A stretch of 64,000 bases of DNA. It comes from Eledone cirrhosa. Taxonomy: Eukaryota. A program made the translations under genes and the position numbers. Location: positions 26,423 to 90,422 of the forward strand of contig CAXHJY010000349.1 in NCBI GenBank assembly GCA_964016885.1, written 5' to 3'. Below are positions 15,017 to 27,490 of the stretch, one piece after another; position 1 is the stretch's first letter; every line of letters begins with the position of its first letter. The notes beneath the pieces are model-generated. The model did not search any database. It worked only from the letters and a program-made list of their open reading frames with translations, and was not told where the DNA came from.

Positions 15017-15537
15017 GCCAAAGACCATTAACTTGCAAACCCCTGCAACCGGAATTTGTCGATCTTGGATTTGCAGAAACCTAGCGCGGATGTTGTGTTC
15101 TGTATGTGATGTATATCGTATGCTATACGATATGCATTATATGTTGCATTAACCCCTAGAATTAACGATTAACTGATTAATTTAATTAGATAATTCTATT
15201 GATTGATTAATTGTTTATGTTTGTTTCATAACTTCTGGTTGAGTGCTTAATTCGGTTTGTCTGAGGAAATTTTATTCCTTTGTCTCAAATTTCGAATTCA
15301 CCCTTGGAGAAAACCACGTGTCTATAGCGAAATTTACTGTTAGAACATACACGCAGAGGCTAAAGAACACAAGACTTGTTGAAGAAGTAAATCCTTTGTT
15401 CTGTCGTCAAAGACCATTAACTTACAGGCCCCTGCAAGCGGAATTTGACGATCTTGGATTTGCAGAAACCTAGCGCTGATGTTGTGTGCTGTATGTGATG
15501 TATCGTATGCTATACGATATGCATTATATGTTGCATT
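15014..15537 (+). repeat. About 1.35 copies of a ~389-bp unit starting at a (TA)n tract
   Basis: 15014-15150 is repeated at 15403-15537. Confidence 0.8.
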
Positions 15538-15789
15538 CGGTCTCAGCGTTATGTCCAGGTCAGTCTAAAATCTTTTCCTGACTCCAACCATTTTCGTTGC
15601 TGTGGTAATGCGGCTGGACTGCCGATTGCTATATTTGATTTGCTAAGCTGTCTAAACGTGTTGTTATTACTCTGGGGTACTATTCCCATTCGAGTGCTAA
15701 AGCTACATACCGAATTTGCATTCGTTAGCTTGGCCACGAACTAAAGCTTCGTTAATGCTGTACTAAAATTTGTATATATATATTAAAAA

Positions 15790-16546
15790 AAATAAAGGTG
15801 TGACACACGAGTTGTGATATATTAGTAAAAAGGAAAAGAAAATGCTGACAAATTTTTCCCAGTGAAAAATAGTTTAATTAGGAATAAGTATGAATTAGTA
15901 ATAAGTATTAGTTAATATTCAGTTTTAGTTTTAACTTTTTACCGGTTGTGCATTTCTTATGCTTTTCAAAAATAATTTTGAGATAGAGTGCTCGTGATTT
16001 TTACTCTAATCTGATCAGTTTTGGAAATTCTTCCTGTTTTATGTGAAAAAAGTGGCTTGGAAGGTATTAAAATATGGTTGGTTGTTGAATGTCACGTGAA
16101 TAAGCACTATAAATTTCGCGCCAATTCGTGTTGCAAAAATTCTTGTAGTGACAATTTTGATTGGTCGGTAGAAGTCACGTGAATGTTTAAATTGATTTTA
16201 CCGTGAACTGGTTATAGTAAAACACAATTTCACATGCGCATCAGAAAACCTAACTTTTGAGAGAATCGTTTTTGAAAATGACTGAAAATATGGAATAATG
16301 TACGCCATTTTTACCAGTACCACAAAAATACTGGTCCATCCACACACACACACACACAGACGCATGCACACGCGCACACCAACATATAGACAGACATACA
16401 CACACACACTTCTCCGTATAAGACAAGAGTTGAAAAATATGTTTCAACATGTTAAAATAAGCACCCCCCTCTCACACACACATACACGTACACACACATT
16501 CCTACTGACCGATTCATTTCCATTATCACAACAATGAACCACTTAG

Positions 16547-16614
<68 letters not shown>

Positions 16615-17106
16615 TTGTCTTAATAGACACCTGAACTGTTGATCTCTCAACAGGACTGCAACTCGATCAAGCGGAAAAGGACACTCTTCGACAAACCTAT
16701 ATTTGGCGCGAAACCAGTTCGCCCCAGAATCAATTTAAACATTCACGTGACTTCTACCGACCAATCAAAGTTGCTTTGACTACATGAATTTTTGCAACAC
16801 GAATTGGCGCAAATTTATAGTGCTTATTCACGTGACATTCAACAACCAAACAAATTTTAGTACCTTCCAAGCAACTTTTTTCACATAAAACAGGAAGAAT
16901 TTCCAAAACTGATCAGATTAGAGCCAAAATCACGAGTACTCTATCTCAAAATTATTTTTGAAAAGCATAAGAAATGCGCAACCGGTAAAAACTTAAAACT
17001 AAAACTGAATACTAACTAATACTTATTACTAATTTATACTTATTCCTAATTAAACTACTTTTCACTGGGAAACATTTGTCAGCATTTTCTTTTCCTTTTT
17101 ACTAAT
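15790..17106. mobile_element. Family M tail-out inverted insertion
   Basis: 15822-16197 is inverted relative to about 16730-17106; 16215-16735 is homologous to 41800-42330. Confidence 0.85.
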
Positions 17107-17316
17107 ATATATGTATATAATCTTGTGAGTACACAGATGAACTCCAGAGTAAAAAGACTTATCACTTAGCCATAATAAATAATATTTAAAATCTATTTCA
17201 GTATTGAATCCTCATTCACAGGTCTGTCAACATCACACGGATATATATATATATTTATATAAATTAATAAAAACAATGAATAAAAATAAAGAAACAGTTC
17301 CTTATATTAAAAATTA

Positions 17317-17450
17317 ATCATTTTACGATCGTTTCTAGGATATATATGTGTGTGTTGGTATGTATATCATATAGATCTATGTAAAAGTTTTACAAACTAT
17401 CAGAGGGAATATACATACCTACACATATATATGCTGTCTTCAGAAATAAT
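17317..17450 (-). ncRNA. Family A long-stem-II HHR (inverted pseudo-LTR copy)
   Basis: Reverse complement of 19181-19314. Confidence 0.7.
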
Positions 17451-17874
17451 GATATTTGTTTATTGAAAAAAAAAAAAAAAAAAATTTTATATAATAGGTC
17501 TGTTTTGAATTGACCAATAGAAAAGTGGTAAGTGGTCAAGTTGATAGAATAATAATTCCTAATAATCATACTAAAACACCTAAATCAGTGAATCTAACTA
17601 AAAATATGTGTAATAAAATCACTAATACTAATTCTCTTAGTAAACAACAGGATACATCATATAATAATAAAAAACAACATCGAAACCGTAATAGACGAGT
17701 TATTTGGTATAATGCTCCATTTAATCTACAAATTAAAGATAATATACCTAAAAAATGTTTTACTATCCTAGAGAAAAACTTCCCGACAAACCATAAATAC
17801 CATCAAATTTTAAATAGATCAACGGTCAAATTCTCCTACTCAACAACCAAAAATATAAATGTAAAAAAAAAACG

Positions 17875-18441
17875 ATGAATATACCACCAACACATCAAAC
17901 TAACCATAATACTAAAATAAACCACAGCAAACTACCATCTCATTCATATACAACAAGTCGAGAAAATTCCACACCTAATTTGACTAACTCCCCTGATATA
18001 ACATTCACGAAAGGCTGTAACTGTAGAAACAAAGCAAATTGCCCATTAAAAGGAAATTGCCTTATAAATAACATAGTATATAAATGTAAAATTAGCACTA
18101 AGGACTCAACTTATTCATATATAGGAGCTACTTCTAACCAATTTAAAGTAAGATTTAATACCCACAAACACAGTTTTAAAAATGCCGCATTAGCTAATAC
18201 AACATCCTTAGCTGAAATAATTAATAATTATAGAAAAAAGAATATCGATTATAACTTGACCTGGAGTGTGCGCAAAAGGGCTACCCCTTATCAAAATAAT
18301 AGATATGAATGTAGATTATGTTCCCAGGAACGTTTTGAAATAATGAAATCTAAGGATATCCTATTAAATAAGCGACAAGAATTAATTATATCATGCAATC
18401 ATAGAATTAGAAAAACTTTCAGATATTATAAACCTAATTAA
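17875..18441 (+). pseudogene. PLE linker plus GIY-YIG endonuclease
   Basis: GCNCRNKANCPLKGNCLINNIVYKC..YIGATS.QFK.RF..H, CRLC, CNHRIRKTF. Confidence 0.9.
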
Positions 18442-19180
18442 TATACACTTATATTTTACAAATTATTATAATTATTTTTTTAAAATTAGTTAACCTATAA
18501 TTAATATTCTACTACTAAGAACTAGATAATTTTATTTCCCTTTTACAGCTATCTTTTCCTAAAATTTATACCAATAAGTATACATATACACTATTTTAAT
18601 TTCCTGTTATGAATCTAAATTCCCTATAATCTATATAAGTTTGTTATTTCTCAAAAATACATTTACCCCCACCCCCCACCCCTCACAAAAAAATTTTCCT
18701 TCGTTTTTAACAACATTTTAACAACATTTTAATAACATCTAACTCTTATTTATCATATCTATATGAATTAATATAATTTTATCCCTATAAATATACCTAT
18801 CAATTAAGTTAATTTAATTTCTTTTTATAGATCTATATTCCTTATGTTTTAAATAAGATTGATATTTTTCACTAACACATTTATAGTAAAATTTTATTCT
18901 CCTTAGATTTTAACATTACCATTATTCTTTAATAACATCAAATTTTTGTGTACCTTTCCCCGGCTTGACCTATTTTCATCCCCAAAGTAATCTTTTCATT
19001 CAAAATACTTTTTCCATTCAAAACTGATGTCTGCATTCCTCTACCCCTAAATTAAATTTCTACTACTACTATTCTATCAACTTGACCACTTACCACTTTT
19101 CTATTGGTCAATTCAAAACCTGTTCCCAAACAGACCTATTATATTAAATCTTTGTTGGTTTTTTTCAATAAACAAATATC

Positions 19181-19314
19181 ATTATTTCTGAAGACAGCAT
19201 ATATATGTGTAGGTATGTATATTCCCTCTGATAGTTTGTAAAACTTTTACATAGATCTATATGATATACATACCAACACACACATATATATCCTAGAAAC
19301 GATCGTAAAATGAT
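19181..19314 (+). ncRNA. Family A HHR with 101-nt stem II
   Basis: attattt-CTGAAGA(19188)-101 nt-GAAA-CGATCG-TA(19306)-aaatgat. Confidence 0.75.
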
Positions 19315-19500
19315 TAATTTTTTAATATAAGGAACAGTTTCTTTGTTTTTATTCATTGTTTTTATTAATTTATCTTGACTCTGTTTTCCTGTTTTTCATC
19401 CAAAAAAATTTTGAATACATCATCTCTTTTCATGATATTTGGATTACATTGAGTTCTTCATACGGATTGGACACTACCGTATATTTTGGTAGATTTATCT

Positions 19501-19581
<81 letters not shown>

Positions 19582-19584
<3 letters not shown>

Positions 19585-19773
19585 CGAAGGAATTGTGGTA
19601 AGGAACCAGATGGATCATAACGCACCAAAGTACTCAATGCTTAGGGTAGTAGAGTGGGTAATAGGAACAAGTATGACCCCGACGGCAGAGCTCAAGCCGT
19701 TTCGACGGCTATCTCTGGACTCAGAAATAGCCGTCGAAACGGCTTGAGCTCTGCCGTCGGGGTCATACTTGTT

Positions 19774-19776
<3 letters not shown>
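19582..19776. mobile_element. Family C short palindromic terminus
   Basis: Homologous to 25801-25940; ~52-bp inverted arms. Confidence 0.85.
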
Positions 19777-19839
<63 letters not shown>

Positions 19840-20823
19840 AACAAATGGGTTTTTATTATGCTTGACGATTTCCATGTAAATCATGTAACTATCAAGTGCG
19901 TTGGCCTTTTCTCTAATTTCTATATCAAGAGACATATTAAGTGTTAAAGTGACACCAGGAAAAATATTTATGTCCATGTAAACTATGAAAAATAAGTCAA
20001 TTTACCTCAACGGCTTTTAATAGCTTATATAACGTGTCAGATAAAGAACGTTAATTCTGAGGATGTTACTTTAAAGGTGTGGAATTAGACCGATATAATC
20101 GACTGCATGGGAGATAGCACTGAAAAGCACAAAATAACAGGAGTCATAAAACATAGAATTATAATAAATTTAAGAAAAATAAATCTTATTCATTTGAAAG
20201 AGCAAAAGATTATTTCTTCACTAAATTTTACTCCAATAAAATGAGAATTTACAGGTGATGTTTATGTGTGACTCCTACTGCTTTTTACAGCTCATACATA
20301 TGTAGATATAGCTGGCCACATACCAGGTTGCATCGTGTAGGAGGTTTGTAGGGTGTTTTATGATATCGAGATCAGTCTTATCATGTAATGCAACGTGAAA
20401 TGAAATGTTTTCCAATCCACCACCTTTCATGTAAATAATGAACAGGAGAGATGACAGTACGCACCCATTGCGGAGTCCGACTCCGACATTGAATTGTTTC
20501 GATTTAGCACCAACGTACCACCTGATCCAACATCGAACTCACGTGAGTCCAACACAGTAACCACAATGAAAATATAAGACAAAGTCAAGTAAAGAATTAA
20601 TCCATTGTATTACGATCGTTCTAGAGAGCAAAATGTCCTTCGTGAAGACAACATACGCACACATACATACATACATACATAGCTCGTTGTTTGACTGATT
20701 GTCTGCAATGCACTTAAAAACCAGTGGACCAATTATGTTCAAACTGAAATCAATGCATTCAAGATTTCCCAGCTCTAGAATCGCTTCTTTATAATCAACC
20801 TTTGAATTTTTCAGCCTACCCTC

Positions 20824-20879
<56 letters not shown>

Positions 20880-20881
<2 letters not shown>

Positions 20882-22490
20882 TTCTTCGCCCACTTGTTCC
20901 TGAGAGGGTCGTGGAGGTTAGAGTACTCAAACACGCCTTCCAGCGGGTCCTGTCAGAGGCAACTGTCTCCAACTGATAGATCCCCAAGCGTGTTATCCAA
21001 CCATCTTGTTGGGGAAGGGGTCCATCCCTGGGTCTCCTGCCCGTTGGTTGTGCCCGTAAAATCTCGCCAGCGATTCTTTCCTGAGACATTTTAACCACAC
21101 GCCCAAAGTATCGGAGCTGTGATATCTCAATTCAGAGAAGTATCAGCTTTACCTGGAGTGACTCTTTGATCTCTGACCTACGCACTTTATCGAGTAACGT
21201 TACTCCAAAGACCCTTCGGAGAAATGCTATTTCGATCGTTTGCTTTCACGATCGTATTCTTTCGGTCATTACCCAAGATTCATGACCCTAGATAAGTGTT
21301 TGCATGAATACCAGGAAAACAGCGAGTTTGGCTTTTACGCCTATCTCCGTTCTTCTGATTACTGAGTGCTGAAGCTGGCGTATCACTGCAACAACTCCTG
21401 CAACTCTTGCACTTAATTCAGCTCCCGCCTTCCATCACCTGAGGACACGGCCCCGAGGTACTTGAACTTCTCCACCTGCTTCAGTGGAACTCCATTCACA
21501 TTTAGAGTGCACTGCATAGGCTTCCTTGAGAGGACAAGTGTCTCAGTTTTCACAGAACTGATTTTCATTCCAGCCATGCATCAAACCTATCAAGTACAAG
21601 CTAAAGATCGTATTATGTCGAGTTAAGTAACACCATGTCGTCTGCAAATTCCAGTTGACTGATTTTACACCCACCAGTCATGATACCACTTCCATCCCGG
21701 CTGCGCATGTCAATCCTGTTCATGTAAATAATGGTTTCTACTTTTGGCACAAGGCCAGCAATTATCCCAGTGTATTACTGGTACTTTATTTTATCGACCC
21801 CGTAAGGATGAAAGGCAAAGTTAACCTCGGCGGGATTTGAACTCAGTCCGTAAAGGGACGCAACTGTGCTGCAAAGCCTGGCGTCAGATCCTCTACCGAT
21901 ACTGCCAATCCACCACCTTTCATGTAAATAATGAACAGGAGAGATGACAGTACGCACCCATTGCGGAGTCCGACTCCGGCATTGAATTGTTTCGATTTAG
22001 CACCAACTATACGAACACAAATACTCGTGCATTCATATAGAGATAACAGGGTAGCAAGAAGCTGACCATCAACCGCATACTCCTGCACAGCCTTCCATAG
22101 CAAGTCCCGCGGAACGCGGTCATATGCCTTTTCAACGTCGACCAAACAAGATACTGAGGTCACAAGAACAGTTAATGAGCTCAAATGTTGCAAGACAAAG
22201 ATGGTATTCTCTGGCTGACTCGTGTGTGCTGGGTAGCCTCAATCTCTGGAAAGGCACCTAAGCAATAGCACTCGGGAGTAATAACCCCAATTTTCAAAAG
22301 GGGAGACAAGAGAGATTGTTCCAATTTCAGAGGGATCTCCTTGTTAAGACTCCCTGGAAAAATCTATGCTGAGTGTCCGGAAAAGAGAGGCAGGTAGATT
22401 GTCGAGTCCAAGCTAGATGATGGACAGTGTGGTTTTCGCCCAACACAACAGAGCCGACCAAATATTCACACTGTAGTAGATATTCGAGAA
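20880..22490 (-). mobile_element. Degenerate RTE LINE with 5' inversion
   Basis: Minus 22195-20880 reads CLVDVEKAYDRVPR, GLRNGCVLSSLLF, QVEKFKYLG, GRRPR, ending in a GAA tail. Plus 22275-22480 reads VITPIFKRGDKRDCSNFRGISLL..GK...QCGF. Confidence 0.85.
21734..21918 (-). mobile_element. Full-length tRNA-SINE (Meta-like) with 15-bp TSD, inserted in the RTE
   Basis: TSD ttcatgtaaataatg at 21719-21733 and 21919-21933; B box gagttcaaatcc. Confidence 0.9.
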
Positions 22491-22508
22491 AAGAAATATT
22501 ACCAAGAA

Positions 22509-22572
<64 letters not shown>

Positions 22573-22675
22573 CCAAAGATTAATATGGTTCATTGATTAC
22601 TCAATGAATATAGTTTTATAATAGATTAAAAGCACTCTACAGTGGGTTTTCTGGAGTTATTATTATTCAGAATAA

Positions 22676-22863
22676 TAGGGCGGAGAATTGGCAGTATCGG
22701 TAGAGGGTTGGACGCCATGAGTTCTAGCATAGTTACGTCCCTTTACGATCTGAGTTCAAATCCCGCTGAGGTTAACTTTGCCTTTCATCCTTACGGGGTC
22801 GATAAAATAAAGTACCAGTAATGTACTGGGTAATTGCTGGCCTTGTGCCTAAAGTAGAAACAA
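22676..22863 (+). mobile_element. Full-length tRNA-SINE (Meta-like)
   Basis: Same family as 21734-21918; attattcagaataata duplicated on both sides. Confidence 0.9.
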
Positions 22864-22998
22864 TTATTATTCAGAATAATAATAAATGAAGACATTCACA
22901 TAATCAAAATATATGTTTTATTATATATATTTCGAAGGTACTGTGCTGTTTTTTCAATACGTATTGCAAAATACACTGTATGCTTAATATAATTCAGT

Positions 22999-23061
<63 letters not shown>

Positions 23062-23067
23062 TATATA

Positions 23068-23116
<49 letters not shown>

Positions 23117-23159
23117 GTGTGTGTCTATGTGTGTATATATATTTATATATATATATTTA

Positions 23160-23470
23160 AAGAAAAAAAGATGAAATCGAAAATGCAACTGGAGTCTTAT
23201 TTAAAAAATATATATATATATTTATTTGGTTCCTTTACAGGTTTCGCATTTCTTCTGCTTTTCAAAAGTAGAGTTGAGATGGAGGGTCTGTGGTTTTTCT
23301 CACATCTCTTTGGTCTCTGAATGTTACTTGTTTTATATGTAAAAAAGTGGCTCGAAATGACAGGTTTTTAGTGAAGTAATTTGATTGGTTGGTCAATAAT
23401 TATAATAAATTTCGTGCCAGTTCGCGTTACAAAGATCTTAAAAGAGTGGGGGGGGGGGCAGTTTTTTTTT
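23160..23470 (-). mobile_element. Family M-related repeat (second copy on plus strand at about 53930-54290)
   Basis: Reverse complement aligns with 53935-54240; shares TTTGATTGG and aatttcgygcca.ttcgcgtt with family M. Confidence 0.75.
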
Positions 23471-23908
23471 CATATAATTCTCTGCACACAAGCTTTTTCA
23501 TATATTTCTCTGCACACAAGCTTCTTTATCATACATAAAAAATACTTTACCAATACAACCCCCATAATACACTTGTTTACCCGCTTAAAGTGCTTGTATT
23601 GCATATAACACCTTGCCGCAAAATAATCTTATATAAATAAGATACACGTGCATGCCCCACGTGTAACTATTGCATACACTAACTACTTCAAACTATCCTC
23701 TTGCATTATCTTCGTAAACTGACGATGTTGTATTTTAACTTTAATTTTGTTTTAATTTTCTTTTAATATGATTTTAATTTTTGAATTTAAATTGCCATGC
23801 TAAAATATTATAATGGATGTCACCCCACTGTGCATCAATATATACATATGTTTCTGTATGTCCCTTGTGTTGGAAAAGAGGTCATGTATGTAAACAATCA
23901 TTGGAAAA

Positions 23909-23957
23909 TTGCTCCGAAGACCCCAAACCTCGGTTTGGACGAAACAATTGTAAGCTA
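23909..23957 (+). ncRNA. HHR-like motif with CCGAAGA core (family B)
   Basis: gct-CCGAAGA-cc.ccaaacc tc ggtttgg.ac-GAAA-CAATTG-TA-agc. Confidence 0.6.
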
Positions 23958-24089
23958 ATAAATGGTTTCAACAGAACTTTGATTCATGTGATTTCTATAT
24001 AACTGCTCTGTAGAACAACTGATGTTATTACAATCAGCTATTTATCTTACTGGTAATAAGGTAGTAATAAATTACTGTCTTTCACTGTT

Positions 24090-24636
24090 TAGGGTTTCAA
24101 ATATATATAACTATAAAAAGTTTTAGTATATAAATAACCATAAATAGTATCCTTCATACTATATTTATATATATATAAATATATATATGCAAAAGTTCTA
24201 TTTAAATTGTTGGGATACAACAAGCAAATATTTTTATAACTGATATAAAGCACTCGACAAGTATTGGGAGTAAATATACGATAATAACAAATGGAAACTA
24301 TATTTATAAAACCATATTTATTTTATTATACATATTTCAAGGATACCATGTTAAATTATGGTATACCTTCATCAGACAAAATACAATATATACCAGTTTT
24401 ATAAATAAACATTGACGTACCTTTCAAAATGCAAGCGTTACTTTTGGAAGACATCAGGATATGATGTCTTCCAAAAGTAACGGTTGCATTTTGAAAGGGT
24501 ACGTCAATGTTTATTTATAAAACTGGTATATATTGTATTTTGTCTGATGAAAGCATACCATAATTTAACATCGTATCCTTGAAATATGTATAATAAAATA
24601 AATATGGTTTTATAAATATAGTTTCCATTTGTTAAT

Positions 24637-24638
<2 letters not shown>
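24090..24638. mobile_element. Family E palindrome with HHRs at 24319-24383 (-) and 24536-24600 (+)
   Basis: Arms about 24283-24456 and 24462-24636; tattttgt-CTGATGA-stem-GAAA-TATGTA-TA-ataaaata; homologous to 63180-63378. Confidence 0.85.
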
Positions 24639-24731
<93 letters not shown>

Positions 24732-24756
24732 ATTTATATATATATACATATTTATT

Positions 24757-24891
24757 TAACGAAGGAAATGTGGTGAGGAACCAGGTGGACCATAACGCAC
24801 CAAAATACTCAATCTTTAGGGTAGTAGAGTTAGTCCAGAATTAGCCGTCGAAACGGCTTGAGCTCAGCCGTCGGGGTCCTACTCGTTCCTA
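24757..24891. mobile_element. Family C minimal two-ended insertion
   Basis: Long-end tail (minus) fused to the short-end arm (plus) of the 25801-26661 family. Confidence 0.8.
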
Positions 24892-24909
24892 TATATTTAT
24901 TTATATATA

Positions 24910-24960
<51 letters not shown>

Positions 24961-24966
24961 TTATAT

Positions 24967-25185
24967 AGTGAAGGCGTGTGGCTGAGTGGTTAGAGAATTG
25001 GATTCGCAATCGTAAGGTTGTGAGTTCGATTCTTGGACCAGGCGATGCGTTATGTCCTTGAGCAAGACACTTTATTTCACGTTGCTTCTTCTACCTGGAG
25101 TTGCGACCGATAGATGGTATTAGCAATTGGCAAGACCAACGGAAACATTGTTCCCTCGGTCCGATTTGACGAAAGTCGATCGTTC
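24967..25185 (+). mobile_element. tRNA-derived SINE (CORE-like)
   Basis: ggcgtgtggctgagtggttagag..gtgagttcgattc..gtccttgagcaagacactt. Confidence 0.8.
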
Positions 25186-25284
25186 CTTTATATATATATA
25201 TTTATATATATATATATATTTATTTATATACATATATATTTATATATATATATATATTTATTTATATATATATATATATATTTA

Positions 25285-25329
<45 letters not shown>

Positions 25330-25742
25330 GTATATATATATTTATATATATATATATTTATATATATATATATATTTAAATATATTTATATATACATATA
25401 TATTTAAATATATATATATATTTATATATATATATTTAAATATATATTTATATATATATATATATATATTGGAATATATATATATATATATTTATATATA
25501 GTTATATATATATTTAAATATATATTTATATATTTATATATATATATTAAATATACTTATATATATATATATAATTATATATATATATACATTTATATAT
25601 ATAGGTATATATTTAAATATATATATTTAAATATATATATATATATTTAAATATATATATATATATATTTAAATATATATATATATTCAAAAATGTATAT
25701 ATATTATATATATATATATATATATATTTAAATATATATATC

Positions 25743-25800
<58 letters not shown>

Positions 25801-25803
<3 letters not shown>

Positions 25804-26658
25804 CGAAGGAAATATGGTAAGGAACCAGGTGGACCATAACGCACCAAAGTACTCAATACTTGAGGTAGTAGAGTGGGTAATAGGAACCAGTAAGACCCCG
25901 ACAGCTGAGCTCAAGCCGTTTCGACGGCTAATTCTGGACTAAATGAAAATTTATCCTGGTATTTAAATAGCCGATCTTCTCAAGGGGTAATTCCATATAT
26001 GGTCAAAGTGATTGTCAAAAATCAGTAGTAATTCTGTGGTTGCAAATTAGTAGGGGAGATGGTGGCTAAACCTGCCAGTAGGAGAAAGAGGGGAGGGGGT
26101 GGAGTAGACCCAATCAAGCGTTGGTAGTGCCAGCTACAGCTGGGCATGAGGTCAAAGAACATACAGGGGAGGGGGAGGGGGAGGAAGTCGGAACCTTAGT
26201 AGGGGAGATGGTGGCTAAACCTGCCAGTAGGAGAAAGAGGGGTGGGGGTGGAGTAGACCCAATCAAGCGTTGGTAGTGCCAGCTACAGCTGGGCATGAGG
26301 TCAAAGAAGATACAGGGGAGGGGGAGGGGGAGGAAGTCGGAACGGTAGGTTCCGACTTCCTCCTCCTCCCCCTCCCCTGTATCTTCTTTGACCTCATGCC
26401 CAGCTGTAGCTGGCACTACCAACGCTTGATTGGGTCTACTCCACCCCCACCCCTCTTTCTCCTACTGGCAGGTTTAGCCACCATCTCCCCTACTAATTTG
26501 CAACCACAGAATTACTACTGATTTTTGACAATCACTTTGACCATATATGGAATTACCCCCTGAGAAGATCGGCTATTTAAATACCAGGATAAATTTTCAT
26601 TTAGTCCAGAATTAGCCGTCGAAACGGCTTGAGCTCAGCTGTCGGGGTCTTACTGGTT

Positions 26659-26661
<3 letters not shown>
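25801..26661. mobile_element. Family C insertion with internal 149-bp direct repeat, inverted arm and variant HHRs at 25895-25988 (-) and 26555-26648 (+)
   Basis: 26346-26661 is the reverse complement of 25880-26195; acccc-(T/C)TGAGAA-GA.CGGCTA..TAGCCG.TC-GAAA-CGGCT tgagctc AGCTG-TC-ggggt. Confidence 0.85.
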
Positions 26662-26712
<51 letters not shown>

Positions 26713-26757
26713 AATATATATATATTTTTATATATATATATATATTATATTTATATA

Positions 26758-26798
<41 letters not shown>

Positions 26799-26826
26799 GA
26801 AAAAAAAAAAATATATATATATAAGT

Positions 26827-26859
<33 letters not shown>

Positions 26860-26878
26860 AATATATATATATATAAAT

Positions 26879-26954
<76 letters not shown>

Positions 26955-26980
26955 AAAAAAAAAAATATATATATATAAGT

Positions 26981-27013
<33 letters not shown>

Positions 27014-27032
27014 AATATATATATATATAAAT

Positions 27033-27195
<163 letters not shown>

Positions 27196-27330
27196 AATAT
27201 ATATATAAATATATATATATATATAAATATATGTATATATATATAAATATATATATATATAAATATATATATATAAATATATATATATAAGTATATATAT
27301 ATAAATATATATATAAATATATATATATAA

Positions 27331-27453
<123 letters not shown>

Positions 27454-27490
27454 TATATATATTTAAATATATATATATATATATATATAT

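Larger units (their letters stand above)
17262..19504 (+). mobile_element. 5'-truncated Hydra-like PLE family A with inverted 5' pseudo-LTR
   Basis: 17262-17553 is the reverse complement of about 19070-19371; ORF remnants at 17555-18441; long 3' end at (TA)n. Confidence 0.9.

Noticed and set aside
24967-25040. tRNA gene (also 9781 and 22676)
   Set aside because: No complete cloverleaf; the sequence continues into SINE body.
26114-26521. ORFs MVVPATAGHEVKE on both strands
   Set aside because: Arise from a purine-rich repeat and its inversion; no protein motif.
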